Shown here piece by piece: positions 9,927-22,324 of a stretch of DNA of 64,000 nt. The stretch's first letter is position 1. Each line of letters begins with the position of its first letter. The stretch covers positions 672,001 to 736,000 of the forward strand of contig CAVVLJ010000017.1 of NCBI GenBank assembly GCA_963749075.1, written 5' to 3'. A model generated the notes under the pieces. That model saw nothing but the letters and a program-made list of their open reading frames with translations, was not told the origin of the DNA and ran no database searches. The translations under genes and the position numbers were made by a program. The DNA comes from an uncultured Pseudomonadota bacterium. GTDB lineage: Bacteria; Pseudomonadota; Alphaproteobacteria; JACZXZ01.

Positions 9927-10447
9927 TGTGCGATACGATGACATGGCGAAACCATGGCCCGCCAGAACAGCTTGCGACGAGGTCGATCACGCTTCATAGC
10001 AAAAAGCACCGCGCAGCGGTATCCGGCAATGATCTGGGTCACGACGGCCGTGCTTCGATTTGCACCGCAAAAATTCGGCAAGTGGGGCGAGCCATGAGGG
10101 CAAGGGCCCCTCTTTGGGCGCGGCATTATGTCCGCAAACCACCCATTGCCGAAATTCAAGCTGAGACACGACTTGCCCCCGGGCGCCGTCACCGTCTCGC
10201 TCCCGCCGAGATGTCGCCGCTTAATTTCGCTCTTCAGGCGGCCGTCACAATAGGCGCGCCGTCTTGGATGCAACGCTCGTAAAGGGACTGCCACGGGCGA
10301 GCCGATTGCAATGAACAGGGCGGAACGCTTAGGCGTGACCATCGCGATGATCGTTGCCGCAGCACCTCCCGATGCCATCGGCATTCAATTCGAACTGTAT
10401 CTCTGCCCGCTTCCTGCGCCACGCGAAAGCGTGTATGAAGGAGGGCG

Positions 10448-11641
10448 ATGACGCTCATTGCCGACACCGAAGCACTCGCGGCCTTCTGCCGGCGGCTCGC
10501 CGCCTCCTCCTACATCGCGGTCGACACCGAGTTCATGCGGGACAAGAGCTATTACCCGCAGCTCTGCCTCGTGCAGCTCGCGGGCGACGAGGACGCCGCC
10601 GCCATCGACGCGCTGGCGCCCGGCATCGATCTCTCGCCCCTCATGACGCTCATGAGCGATGCCTCGCTTCTCAAGGTGTTCCACGCCGGGCGGCAGGATT
10701 TCGAGATCTTCTGTCTTTCGACCGGCCGGGTGCCGGCCCCCATGTTCGACACCCAGATCGCCGCGATGGTGTGCGGCTTCGGCGATTCCGTCGGCTACGA
10801 CACGCTCGTCGCCAAGCTCACGGGCGCCCACGTCGACAAGTCCTCGCGCTTCACCGACTGGGCGCTCAGGCCGCTCACCGAGCGCCAGATCAAGTACGCG
10901 ATCGCCGACGTGACCCATCTGCGACCCGTCTACGAGAAGCTCCGGCAGCGGCTCGAGCACTCGGGCCGCACCGCCTGGCTCGCCGAGGAGATGGCGATCC
11001 TCGCCGATCCGGCGACCTATCGCCTCGAGCCCGAGGAGGCGTGGCAGCGGCTCAAGACGCGGAGCGGCGACCGCCGCTTCTTAGCCGTGCTCAAGGCGCT
11101 CGCCGCCTGGCGCGAGAGCGAGGCGCAGCGCCGCAACGTGCCGCGCAACCGCGTGCTGCGCGACGAGTCGCTGCTCGAGATCGCCGCCCACCACCCGGGA
11201 AGTGCCGACGAGCTCGCGCGCACGCGCGGGCTCTCGCGCGGCTTCGCCGAGGGGCGCATGGGCGAGGCCGTGCTCTCGGCCGTGCGCCGCGGCCTGGCGG
11301 TGCCCGAGGCCGAGCGTCCCGAGCCGCCGCCGCGCATAGACCTGCCGCGCGACCTCGGCGCCGTGGTCGAGCTCTTGAAGGTGCTGCTCAAGGTGCGGTG
11401 CGACGCGCAGCACGTGGCGACCAAGCTCGTCGCCTCCTCGGCCGACCTCGAGCTGATCGCCGCCGCCGACGATGCCCCGGTGCCGGCACTCAAGGGCTGG
11501 CGCCGCGAAGTCTTCGGCGAGGCGGCGCTCAAGCTCAAGCACGGCGAGCTGGCGCTCGCCCTCGACGGCAAGGCCCTCAAGCTCGTCGAGCGCACGCCCG
11601 CTCCCTCGCCCGCCCGCGGGCGCGAGGCCATGGGAGGATGA
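10448..11641 (+). CDS. rnd: Ribonuclease D
   Basis: AVDTEFMR..YYPQLCLVQ, KVFHAGRQD, FDTQIAA, DW..RPL...Q..YA..DV, HRDC domain. Confidence 0.96.
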   Translation: MTLIADTEALAAFCRRLAASSYIAVDTEFMRDKSYYPQLCLVQLAGDEDAAAIDALAPGIDLSPLMTLMSDASLLKVFHAGRQDFEIFCLSTGRVPAPMFDTQIAAMVCGFGDSVGYDTLVAKLTGAHVDKSSRFTDWALRPLTERQIKYAIADVTHLRPVYEKLRQRLEHSGRTAWLAEEMAILADPATYRLEPEEAWQRLKTRSGDRRFLAVLKALAAWRESEAQRRNVPRNRVLRDESLLEIAAHHPGSADELARTRGLSRGFAEGRMGEAVLSAVRRGLAVPEAERPEPPPRIDLPRDLGAVVELLKVLLKVRCDAQHVATKLVASSADLELIAAADDAPVPALKGWRREVFGEAALKLKHGELALALDGKALKLVERTPAPSPARGREAMGG

Positions 11642-11654
11642 GAGAGAGCGGCGC

Positions 11655-13175
11655 TCAGCGCCCCTTGCTGCGCGCGACGACGGGCTTGCGGCCGAAGGCC
11701 TCGGCGAGCGCCTCGAAGCGGCGGCCCATCTGCTCGCCGTCGAGGTCAGCGGTCTCGCCGGGGAGGTGGAGGACGAGGCGCTCGCCCTCGAGGCTGAGCG
11801 AGGTGCGGCGCAGCAGTGCCGCGACCCCGCCCGAGGCGGCGATCGCCGCCCTCAGCGCCATGCCGATGCGCTCGGCCTGGACGACGTGGTCGGAGCCGAG
11901 CAGCAGGCGCGCCGCCTCGGGCTCGTCGCCCCCCAGCCGGCCGGCATAGCGCGCATAGACGGCGAGTGCGATGAGGCCGCGGCTCGGATGGTCGAGGCCG
12001 GCGATCGGCAGGCGCAGGATGCGCAGGCAGCCGTGCTCGGCGCGGTAGTCCGGGTGCTCGCGCCAGGCGATGTCGGCGAGATGGCAGGCGGCGAGGCGGA
12101 GCCGGCGTTCGCCGCGCGTCTCGTCGGCGAAGAGCGGCGCCATCCAGCGGAAGAGCGCGTCGCCGATCGGCTCGAAGCGGCGGTCGGCGCGGGCGAGCTC
12201 CGAGGCGGCGCTGATGAGCGGGTCCTCGCGCCGCGTCGCCTCGGAGAGCAGGCTGAACATCTGGCCCTCGCGGATGCCCTGCGCCGAGAAGACGACCTGC
12301 GACGGCGAGGCCTCGCGCAGCACGCGCCACAGCACGAGTGCCGCGTGCGGCAGCGTCTCGAGGCGCTTGCGCGACACCGACGAGGTCATGTTCTCGAGCG
12401 ATTTCCGGCTCTGCGCGGTCATGAGCTGGCAGAACTCGATCATCTTCTCGCGCGCCACGCTGTAGTGATGGATGACGTGGAGCGGATAATCCATATGCTC
12501 AATGTGGATGCGCGCAATCGCCCGCCATGCGCCGCCCACGGCGTAGAAGCTGCGGCCCTTGCAGGCCGCGAGCCAAGGGAGGCCGGCCAATGCCGTGTCG
12601 ACGATCGCGCGCGCGCGCTTCGGCTCGTCCGCCGCCACGTCCATCATGCGCAGCGGGCCCAAGGGAAGCGTGCCCTGCGCGCCGACGGCGCCCTTGTCGA
12701 GCGCCACGAGCTCGAGGCTGCCGCCGCCGAGATCGCCCATGACGCCGTCCGCCTCGGGCACGCCCGAGAGCACGCCGAGTGCCGCGAGCCGCGCCTCCTC
12801 CTCGCCGGAGACGACGCGGATCTTCTCCCTGCAGCGCCGCTCGGCCTCGGCGACGAAATCGGCGCCGTCGCTCGCGTCGCGCACGGCGGCCGTCGCCAGG
12901 ATGTCGAGGCGCCGCACCCCCATGTGGCGGGCGAGGAGCGTGAAGCGCGCCAGGTTGTCGAGCGCGCGCGCGCGGCCGCCCTTGTTGAGCCGGCCCGTCG
13001 TCTGCAGCCCCCGCCCGAGCCCGCACAGCACGCGCTCGTTGAAGACCGGCCAAGGTGCCCTGGCGAGGCGCTCGTAGACCACGAGGCGGATCGAGTTGGA
13101 GCCTACGTCGATGACCGCGATGCCGGTGCCGCGCGCCTTGATGGCTGCAGCACTGCGCGTCGCCTCGAGCGCCAT
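11655..13175 (-). CDS. ppx: Exopolyphosphatase Ppx/GppA
   Basis: IDVGSNSIRL, ATAAVRDA, GEEEA, DLGGGSLE, GIREG; directly downstream of ppk1. Confidence 0.94.
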   Translation of the reverse strand: MALEATRSAAAIKARGTGIAVIDVGSNSIRLVVYERLARAPWPVFNERVLCGLGRGLQTTGRLNKGGRARALDNLARFTLLARHMGVRRLDILATAAVRDASDGADFVAEAERRCREKIRVVSGEEEARLAALGVLSGVPEADGVMGDLGGGSLELVALDKGAVGAQGTLPLGPLRMMDVAADEPKRARAIVDTALAGLPWLAACKGRSFYAVGGAWRAIARIHIEHMDYPLHVIHHYSVAREKMIEFCQLMTAQSRKSLENMTSSVSRKRLETLPHAALVLWRVLREASPSQVVFSAQGIREGQMFSLLSEATRREDPLISAASELARADRRFEPIGDALFRWMAPLFADETRGERRLRLAACHLADIAWREHPDYRAEHGCLRILRLPIAGLDHPSRGLIALAVYARYAGRLGGDEPEAARLLLGSDHVVQAERIGMALRAAIAASGGVAALLRRTSLSLEGERLVLHLPGETADLDGEQMGRRFEALAEAFGRKPVVARSKGR

Positions 13176-13178
13176 GCC

Positions 13179-15329
13179 TCAGGCTTGCTTGGAGACCAGC
13201 CGCGGGCTCGGCGCCGGCTTCGCCTTCTTGAGCGCGCTGCCGCGTCCCGAGAGGCTCGGGTTGGTCATGAAGAAGGTGTGGGCGCTGAAGGCATCCTTGT
13301 CCGACTTCAGGCGCGTATATGTGCCGTCCGGGCCGAGCCACCAGCTCTGCGCCACGTCCTTGAGGTTCGCCACCATGATCTGGTCGAGCACCTGCTGATG
13401 CACCGTGGGGTTCTCGATGGGGACGAGGGTCTCGACGCGGCGGTCGAGGTTGCGCGGCATCCAGTCCGCCGACGAGATGAAGACCTTGGCATGGGGCGAG
13501 GGCAGCGCGTGTCCGTTGCCGAAGGCGACGATGCGACCGTGCTCGAGGAAGCGGCCGACGATGCTCTTCACGCGGATGTTGTCGGAGAGGTCGGCGACGC
13601 CGGGCCTGAGGCAGCAGATGCCGCGCACCACGAGGTCGATCTGCACGCCGGCCTGGGAGGCGCGGTAGAGCGCGTCGATCAGCCGCGCATCGACCAGCGA
13701 GTTGACCTTCACCCAGATCTGCGCCGGCCGTCCCTTGCGCGCGTGCGCGATCTCAGCGTCGATGAGGGCGAGCAGCGTCTCGCGCAGGTTGACCGGGGAG
13801 ATGGCGAGCTTCTCGGGGTGCTTGGGCCGGGCGTAGCCGGTCATGAAATTGAAGAGCAGCGCCGCGTCGCGGCAGAACGCCGGCTCGCAGGTGAAGAAGG
13901 AGAGGTCGGTATAGACCTTGGCGGTGACCGGATGGTAGTTGCCGGTGCCGAAGTGCACGTAGGAGCGCAGGTTCTTCCCCTCGCGCCTGACCATGAGCGA
14001 GACCTTGGCGTGGGTCTTGAGGTCGAGGAAGCCGTAGATGACCTGGGCGCCCGAGCGCTCGAGATCGCGCGCCCAGCGGATGTTGGCCGCCTCGTCGAAG
14101 CGCGCCTTGAGCTCGACCATCGCGGTCACCGACTTCCCCGCCTCCGCGGCCTCGATGAGGGCCTGCACGACCGGCGAATCGTCGCTCGTGCGGTAAAGCG
14201 TCTGCTTGATCGCGACGACCTGCGGATCCTGCGCCGCCTGGCGCACGAACTGCACCACCACGTCGAAGCTCTCGTAAGGGTGGTGCACCACGATGTCCTT
14301 GGCGCGGATCGCCGCGAAGCAGTCGCCGCCGAAATCGCGGATGCGCTCGGGAAAGCGCGGGTTGTACGGCCGGAAGAGGAGGTCGCGCCGCTCCGGCACG
14401 ATGAGCGCCTTGGTCGCCTCGAGGCCGATGAGGCCGTCGATCTCGAAGATGTCGCTCGGCGCGACGCGGAATTTGTCGATGACGAAACGCTTGAGCTCGG
14501 GCGGCATGCCCAGGTTCATGACGAGGTGGATGACGCTGCCGCGCTTGCGCCGCTTGAGCGCCGATTCGAAGACGCGCACCAGGTCCTCGGCCTCCTCCTC
14601 GATCTCGACCTCGCTGTCGCGCAGCACGCGGAAGAGCCCCTGACCCAGCACCTCGAAACCGGGGAACAGGCGGTCGAGGAAGAGCCCGACCAGCGCCTCG
14701 ATGGGAAGGAAGCGGATCTTGGCGCCCGGCAGGCGCGCGAAGCGGTCGATCTGGCTCGGCATGGGCACGAGGGCGCTCATCGCCTTGCCGTCCTCGGCGC
14801 GCGCGAGCGACAGCACCATGGCGAAGCCGAGGTTGGGGATGAAGGGGAAGGGATGCGCCGGATCGACCGCGAGCGGCGTCAGCACCGGGAAGATGTGATC
14901 CATGAAATAATTGTCGAGCCAGTGGCGGTCCTCGGCCGTGAGCTCGGCGGGCTCGACGACCGAGAGCTCGGTCGCGCGGAGCGCGTCGCGCAGCGTCCGC
15001 CAGTGCTTCTGCTGGTTCAGCACGAGCTCGCCCGCGCGCCTGTTGATGGCCTCGAGCTGCTCGGCCGGCGTGAGCCCGTCGTCGCTCGGCGTCACCACGC
15101 GGGCCGCAACTTGCGCCTTGAGGCCGGCCACGCGCACCATGTAGAACTCGTCGAGGTTGCTCGCCGAGATCGAGAGGAAGCGCAGGCGCTCGAGCAGCGG
15201 ATGGTTCGGATTCTCCGCCTCGGAGAGCACCCGCTCGTTGAAGGCAAGCCAAGAGAGCTCGCGGTTGATGAAGCGCGCGTCCGAGTCCATCCCGATGCTC
15301 GGGGCCGCCGCGTAGGTCTGATCGGGCAC
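13179..15329 (-). CDS. ppk1: Polyphosphate kinase 1
   Basis: [53 protein letters not shown]; GTG start 15329 with GGAGGAG SD. Confidence 0.97.
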   Translation of the reverse strand: MPDQTYAAAPSIGMDSDARFINRELSWLAFNERVLSEAENPNHPLLERLRFLSISASNLDEFYMVRVAGLKAQVAARVVTPSDDGLTPAEQLEAINRRAGELVLNQQKHWRTLRDALRATELSVVEPAELTAEDRHWLDNYFMDHIFPVLTPLAVDPAHPFPFIPNLGFAMVLSLARAEDGKAMSALVPMPSQIDRFARLPGAKIRFLPIEALVGLFLDRLFPGFEVLGQGLFRVLRDSEVEIEEEAEDLVRVFESALKRRKRGSVIHLVMNLGMPPELKRFVIDKFRVAPSDIFEIDGLIGLEATKALIVPERRDLLFRPYNPRFPERIRDFGGDCFAAIRAKDIVVHHPYESFDVVVQFVRQAAQDPQVVAIKQTLYRTSDDSPVVQALIEAAEAGKSVTAMVELKARFDEAANIRWARDLERSGAQVIYGFLDLKTHAKVSLMVRREGKNLRSYVHFGTGNYHPVTAKVYTDLSFFTCEPAFCRDAALLFNFMTGYARPKHPEKLAISPVNLRETLLALIDAEIAHARKGRPAQIWVKVNSLVDARLIDALYRASQAGVQIDLVVRGICCLRPGVADLSDNIRVKSIVGRFLEHGRIVAFGNGHALPSPHAKVFISSADWMPRNLDRRVETLVPIENPTVHQQVLDQIMVANLKDVAQSWWLGPDGTYTRLKSDKDAFSAHTFFMTNPSLSGRGSALKKAKPAPSPRLVSKQA

Positions 15330-15617
15330 TCGGGCTCCTCCCCCGCCCGCGGCGCGGGCGGCCACATAACACACGTTGCAGCCGCATCCTACCACGGAGA
15401 ACCGGCAGGAATTATGACATGGGGAGCCTTGCGCTGCCATGACAACCCTTGCCCCGCCGTGCTAGGCCTAGGGCTGCCCGCAGGGTTTCGAGGGCGCGCG
15501 GCGCGCCCCCTGCAAGCGGATGCAACGCCTTGACTTCGTGCCGATTTCGCCTCTGCCGCGGCGCCGGACGGCGGCTGCGGGCGTGCGAGAGCCGGCGCCG
15601 CCGCCCGGGAGCCGGCC

Positions 15618-16136
15618 ATGAAGACGATCATCCTCCTGCGCCACGCCAAGTCGAGCTGGGACGAGGCCGGCACGCCCGACTTCGAGCGCCCGCTTTCGCC
15701 CCGCGGCAAGCGGGCCTGCGCCGCGGTGCGCACGGCGCTGGGGCGGCTCGGGGCAGCGCCCGAGCTCGTGCTCTGCTCGTTGGCCAGGCGCACGCAGGAG
15801 ACGCTCCGCCGCATCGCCCCGGCGCTTGCCGGCGGTCCCGACGTCATCGTCGAGCGGCGCCTCTATCTCGCGAGCGCCAAGAAGCTCCTCGAGCGCCTGC
15901 AGGCGCTCGAGGCGGAGCCGGACTCGGTGCTGCTCCTCGGCCACAACCCGGGTCTCCAGCGCTTGGCCGTCGAGCTCGCAGGCCGAGGCGAGGCCGCGGC
16001 GCTCAAGCGCCTCGCCGCCAAGTTCCCGACCGCGGCCCTTGCCGAGCTGAGCTTCCCGGGGAAGAGCTGGCGCGAGCTCGAGCCCGGCTCGGCGGAGCTG
16101 GTGAGCCTGTGGAGTCCCAAGGACGACGAGGATTGA
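15618..16136 (+). CDS. sixA: SixA-type histidine phosphatase
   Basis: LLRHAKSSW, RPL..RG, RT.ET, LGHNPG, FPTA. Confidence 0.85.
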   Translation: MKTIILLRHAKSSWDEAGTPDFERPLSPRGKRACAAVRTALGRLGAAPELVLCSLARRTQETLRRIAPALAGGPDVIVERRLYLASAKKLLERLQALEAEPDSVLLLGHNPGLQRLAVELAGRGEAAALKRLAAKFPTAALAELSFPGKSWRELEPGSAELVSLWSPKDDED

Positions 16137-16154
16137 CGCGATCCGCAGCGCCGC

Positions 16155-17219
16155 TCAGCCCGCCTCGCTCAGGCGCTCGGGCGCCCCAGCGGGCTCGCCG
16201 GCCGGGAGGTAGCGGCAAATCGCCACCGGGGCGGAGATGCCCTTGATCTTCTCGGTGCCGATCGGCAGCAGCCGGTTGTCGCGATTGTCGAGCGCCTCGG
16301 CAACGTCGCCGGATATGACGCAGGCGACGCCGAGCGCCTTCGCCTCCTCCTCCATGCGCGCCGCGATGTTGATGGTATCGCCATAGATGCCGATGGCGCG
16401 CTTGATGTCCCCTTGCTCGCTCACGACGACCTGGCCGCCGTGGATGCCGACGCGAAAGCTCGGCACGACGCCGAAGCGCCGGCGGTACTCCGCGTGCTCC
16501 CGCCTCACGGTGGCGAACATCGCGTCGACGGCGCCGAGGAGCCGGTTGTCCTTCACCGCCTCGTTCCAATCCCACATCGCGATCAGGCCGTCGCCCTTGT
16601 AGACGTAGATTTCGCCGCCGTGGTCGGTGATCGGCTGCGAGATGTCGAAGAGGAATTTGCCGACGAAGTCTTTCGTCTCGAACATGCCCAGCCGCTCGGC
16701 GATGGCGGCCGAGTCGTTGATGTCGAGAAAGAGCAGCACCTTGGTTTTCAGCACCGGGCGGTGATAGGTGCCGACCATGAGATCGAGCAAGGTCTCGGCG
16801 CCGACGAAATGGACGACCCGCATGACGACGATGCAGACGACCGAGAACGCCATGAACACCGGAATGATGAACGGCAGCCGCCTATACATCGTCGGCAAGT
16901 CGTCCAGGCGCCACAGGATCAAATGGGAGAGGTGGATGGCGACGAGAAAGATCGCCATCGCGACAAGCGCGTAGACGAGAATCGAGCGCAGAGGGTGCAT
17001 GCTGCGCAGCCAGCGCCCGCGCAGGCTTTGCACGTAGAATTCCTCGAAGACGCCGATGCCCATGCCGATCAGGATGGCATTGCTGATGCCGAAGCGGAGC
17101 GGACGCCCCGCGGCGAGCGTCGTCAGGCAGCCGAGCAGAGCGAAGATGCCCATCGCCAGCAGGATCGAGACGAGTCTCCGGCGCGCCGAGATGGAGAGGT
17201 GGATCATTCCGAACGCCAT
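16155..17219 (-). CDS. Membrane-bound class III adenylate/guanylate cyclase
   Basis: About four N-terminal TM helices, LFLDINDS, YKGDG, GIHGG, GDTINIAARME. Confidence 0.88.
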   Translation of the reverse strand: MAFGMIHLSISARRRLVSILLAMGIFALLGCLTTLAAGRPLRFGISNAILIGMGIGVFEEFYVQSLRGRWLRSMHPLRSILVYALVAMAIFLVAIHLSHLILWRLDDLPTMYRRLPFIIPVFMAFSVVCIVVMRVVHFVGAETLLDLMVGTYHRPVLKTKVLLFLDINDSAAIAERLGMFETKDFVGKFLFDISQPITDHGGEIYVYKGDGLIAMWDWNEAVKDNRLLGAVDAMFATVRREHAEYRRRFGVVPSFRVGIHGGQVVVSEQGDIKRAIGIYGDTINIAARMEEEAKALGVACVISGDVAEALDNRDNRLLPIGTEKIKGISAPVAICRYLPAGEPAGAPERLSEAG

Positions 17220-17811
17220 CGGCTCATTGCAATCGCTGAGCGAAAGGTGCCGCGCGGAGGCCCGGACGACAAGCATTCGCCGGGGCCGAACCGGACGAGC
17301 GGCCTGCCGGCCTCAGGATGGCATTTCCCGGGCTTGCCGACAATGAAGCGCCGACATCACGATTTCGGCATCACGGATGCAGTATCACGGTCGCAAAATG
17401 GTGGTTGCAACACGCGTCGCTTTCATGGCTCGAGGCGTGAATTCATAAACGCGTCTTGAAGTGGCTTGCCAGAGTCCGCTTTGTGACCGTAAGCAGCTGT
17501 CACCCGCGGCCGGCAGCACTTCCGAGATGTGCCTGGAGCAGAAATATCTCCTCCAGGGCCCGCATCGAATCTGTTACACTAGCCATACTACACGTTTTGT
17601 CGGGTGAAGCGTGAGCGGGCCTTCCATCCGAACAATTAAGCGTCTCTTTGCTGTGTCGGGGAACGAGTGTGCGTTTCCCGAATGCAGGGAATTCATAATT
17701 CGGGGCGAGAGTTTGATTGGCGAGGTGTGTCACATCAAAGCTGTCCGGCAAGGTGGTCCGCGGTTTGATCCTGAGCAAGCAGAAGTGGATAGACATAAAT
17801 TCGAGAATCTA

Positions 17812-18635
17812 GGGTCTGTACCCGCATAATGTCTTGAAAAAGTTGTCCGAATGTGATTCACCGTGGTTGGAGGTGGATCATGCGGTTTGATTTGAGCGAC
17901 GAGGAATGGGCTGTGCTGGAGCCGTTGATGCCGGGCCTTCGCAAGAAGGCGCGAGAGGATGATCGCCGGATCATGAATGGCATCTTCTACGTGCTGCGCA
18001 CCGGCATGCCGTGGCGAGATTTGCCGGAGCGCTATGGGCCTTACACGACGGTCTACAATCGCTTCAACCGCTGGTCTCGCCGCGGCATCTGGAAGCGGAT
18101 TTTCGACGCGCTGGCCGCGACATCGCACGATAGCCTCTATCTGATCGACAGCACCATCGTGAAAGCGCATCGCGCGGCGAGCGGCGCAAAAGGGGGGAGA
18201 AAAATCAGGCGATCGGTATTAGCCGGGGCGGGCGCAGCACGAAGATCCATGCGGTCGTCGACGGCAAAGGCCGCCCGCTGAACTTCATCGTCACGGGCGC
18301 ACAGGTCCATGACAGCCAAGTCGTCGAAGCGGTACTGGACACGCCCAAGCCGCCCCTCGCCGTCGCGGCCAACAAGGCTTATGACAGCCAAAAGGTCCGC
18401 CAGCAGATCAGGGACGAAGGTGCCTTGCCCGTCATCCCCAGCCGCAGCAATGCCACCAAGAAAGCCTATTGCCCCAAGCGCATCTATCGCAGGCGCCACA
18501 AGATCGAAAATTACTTCTGCCGCATCAAGGATTGGCGGCGCATCGCAACCCGATACGACAAGCTGGCCAGAAACTTCCTTGCCGCCGCAGCCCTCGTCGG
18601 CGCACTCTACTGGATCAAATTGTGAGTCCAGACCC
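17812..18635 (+). mobile_element. IS5-family (IS427-like) insertion sequence, 824 bp
   Basis: Imperfect TIRs GGGTCTGTACCCGCA / GGGTCTGGACTCACA, TA target duplication (17810-17811, 18636-18637), two overlapping transposase ORFs. Confidence 0.92.
17880..18625 (+). CDS. IS5-family transposase expressed via -1 frameshift
   Basis: OrfA LRTG.PWRDLPERYG...IDSTIVKAH; AAAAGGGGGG slippery site 18188-18197; OrfB SRGGRSTKIH...R.KIENYF..IKDWRRIATRYDK. Confidence 0.9.
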
Positions 18636-19382
18636 TAATTTTACTGTGCTCGACCCACCACGCACTCGTGGACAGCGACACACGCAATTATACGGTAGAG
18701 CGCATCACTGCAATGAAGCTTAAACATGAACAGATTCAGGTACAATATTTCAATATCAGTAACGAATTAGCATCAAGGATTGTTGCGCTCTCCGCTGGAA
18801 CAGCGATAGGCACTATTATAGGAAGCACGATTCACCAACTAATAGAAGCAGCCCGCCTTTTTGTAGACGACACATCGAAGAAAAATACCATAGAACAATT
18901 CCAAAACGAGATGTTCAAACGACTAGAAAAAATTCGACCTGGTGGAATCTTGGTAGGTGTAAAGGGGAATGACATGACAGCATTAGGCTTATTTATCAGC
19001 AAGCTATTTATAGCGGCTGATTGGAAGGTCAGGCAAGGCAACGGTTCGGGTGTTCCGGCGGAACAAGGCATATGTTTTATGTTTGCATTAGAAGATAGCG
19101 ATTGGTTTTCTGAGGAGCCCTCGACCACTCTCGGCATCTTGGTTTCAAAATTTGGGTTCAAAGCGATAGGAAATGCTAGGACCATGGGCCCTATAAACGA
19201 TCCGCCAAGGATAGTAATTCCAGAACGAAGAGTAATTCCCCCTAAAGCGTTTCGGGACAGAGCCGGGGCGTTTATTTTGTTGCTCCAAATGACGGGCTCG
19301 ATCCGAGCTGACAATCATATCGGTGGTATTGCCGGGTTCTCGATCAGCGCCTTATCGAGCAATGATGTCGCCTTCGGGTCTT

Positions 19383-19527
19383 GGCTGTGCGAAAACCATT
19401 CAGCAGGTCATCCCGGCGCAAGATTGATTCGAAGAGAATGCCGCTCACGCTTGAAAGATTCGTCAAGGCTGCCGGTTCGCTTCCTTTGTTGCGCGTTGAC
19501 GACTGCCTCGAGCGTTTTCGCACAGCC
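19383..19527. mobile_element. 145-bp MITE-like element
   Basis: Perfect 14-bp TIRs GGCTGTGCGAAAAC (19383-19396) / GTTTTCGCACAGCC (19514-19527), too short to encode a transposase. Confidence 0.7.
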
Positions 19528-19840
19528 TAGGTTATGGGCGGCCGTCGGGCGGCGCGCGCCGAGCGTCCGTAGCAACTTCAGCACCGGATATCATGGAAAA
19601 AGGCCGTTGGCTTGCTCCTTCGTGCAGTGCTCAAGAGTTTTGAAGCATGCGATAAGTGATTGAACCACGAGAATATTGTGCTGTCATCTTCGCCTATCGA
19701 GGCCGTTCACTTGAACGCATATGAAGGGCCGCTCTACCCCGGGAAACCCGACACCGGGTCGCGGGTTGGCGAGGTCTTGCGCGCGACGGCGAAAGGCGGA
19801 AAGTTGATAAAGAACGAGATCGACCACGCGGGAGAAGCTC

Positions 19841-20680
19841 ATGCGCCGGTTCCTGCTCACGTCCCTCATCGTCCTCGCCGCTCTGCCGGCGCTTGCGGCC
19901 GAGAGATGGCAGACCTTGCCGCCGACGCCGGCGCCGATCGCCACCGACCGTAGCGGCCAGGCGCAGGTGAACGGCATCAGCATCCATTATGCGATCTACG
20001 GCCGGGGCCCGCCGGTGATCTTCCTGCACGGCGGCCTGGCGAATACCGACTATTGGGGCAACCAGGTGCCGGCCGTGGCGGCGCATCATACCGTCATTCT
20101 GATGGACAGCCGCGGCCATGGCCGCAGCACCCGAGACGCGCGGCCCTACGGCTACGATCTGATGGCCGACGACGTTGTGGCGTTGATGGATAGCCTCAAA
20201 ATCGCCAAGGCAGACATCGTGGGCTGGAGCGACGGCGGCATTATCGGCATCGATCTCGCCATGCGCCACGAGGACAGGGTCGGCAAGGTCTTCGCCTTCG
20301 CGGCCAATACGGTGCCGTCGGGCGTCAAGGAGGGCGTCGAGAAGAATCCGACCTTCGCCGCCTACATCGAGCGCGCCGGCCACGAATACGAGACCCATTC
20401 GGCGACGCCCAAGGAATACGACGCCTTCGTCGATCACATCAGCAAGATGTGGGCCGAGCAGCCGAATTGGAGCGATGCGCAGCTCAAGGCGATCGACACT
20501 CCGATCCTCGTCGTCGACGGCGACCATGACGAGGCGATCAAGCGCGAGCACACCGAATATATCGCGGCGACGATCCCGCACGCCGGGCTGTTGATCCTAC
20601 CCGATGCAAGCCATTTCGCCTTTCTGCAGGACCCCGGGCAGTTCAATTTCGCCATCCTGCACTTCTTGGGCGACGAGTAG
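19841..20680 (+). CDS. Secreted alpha/beta hydrolase
   Basis: Signal peptide, FLHGG, DSRGHGRS, GWSDGG nucleophile elbow, DGDHDE, SHF. Confidence 0.9.
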   Translation: MRRFLLTSLIVLAALPALAAERWQTLPPTPAPIATDRSGQAQVNGISIHYAIYGRGPPVIFLHGGLANTDYWGNQVPAVAAHHTVILMDSRGHGRSTRDARPYGYDLMADDVVALMDSLKIAKADIVGWSDGGIIGIDLAMRHEDRVGKVFAFAANTVPSGVKEGVEKNPTFAAYIERAGHEYETHSATPKEYDAFVDHISKMWAEQPNWSDAQLKAIDTPILVVDGDHDEAIKREHTEYIAATIPHAGLLILPDASHFAFLQDPGQFNFAILHFLGDE

Positions 20681-20689
20681 GGAGCGGCC

Positions 20690-22323
<1,634 letters not shown>

Positions 22324-22324
<1 letters not shown>

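Larger units (their letters stand above)
17611..19663 (+). pseudogene. HNH endonuclease gene interrupted by IS5-family element; true 3' end uncertain (about 19245 to 19663)
   Basis: Removing the IS and one TA joins ...HKFENL to ILLCSTHHALVD in frame, giving CAFPEC...CHI...NLILLC..HH..VD; markedly AT-rich. Confidence 0.85.

Noticed and set aside
15411-15445. Possible Pho box upstream of ppk1 (two TGTCAT on the minus strand)
   Set aside because: The half-sites are 25 bp apart, not 11 or 22, and the adjacent half-sites are poor
11472-15533. 1353-aa plus-strand ORF, and similar long ORFs such as 6992..8848, 23974..25956 and 48430..50715
   Set aside because: Antisense shadows of well-supported genes (ppk1/ppx, aspS, SBP, lptD), expected at this GC level; no recognisable motifs
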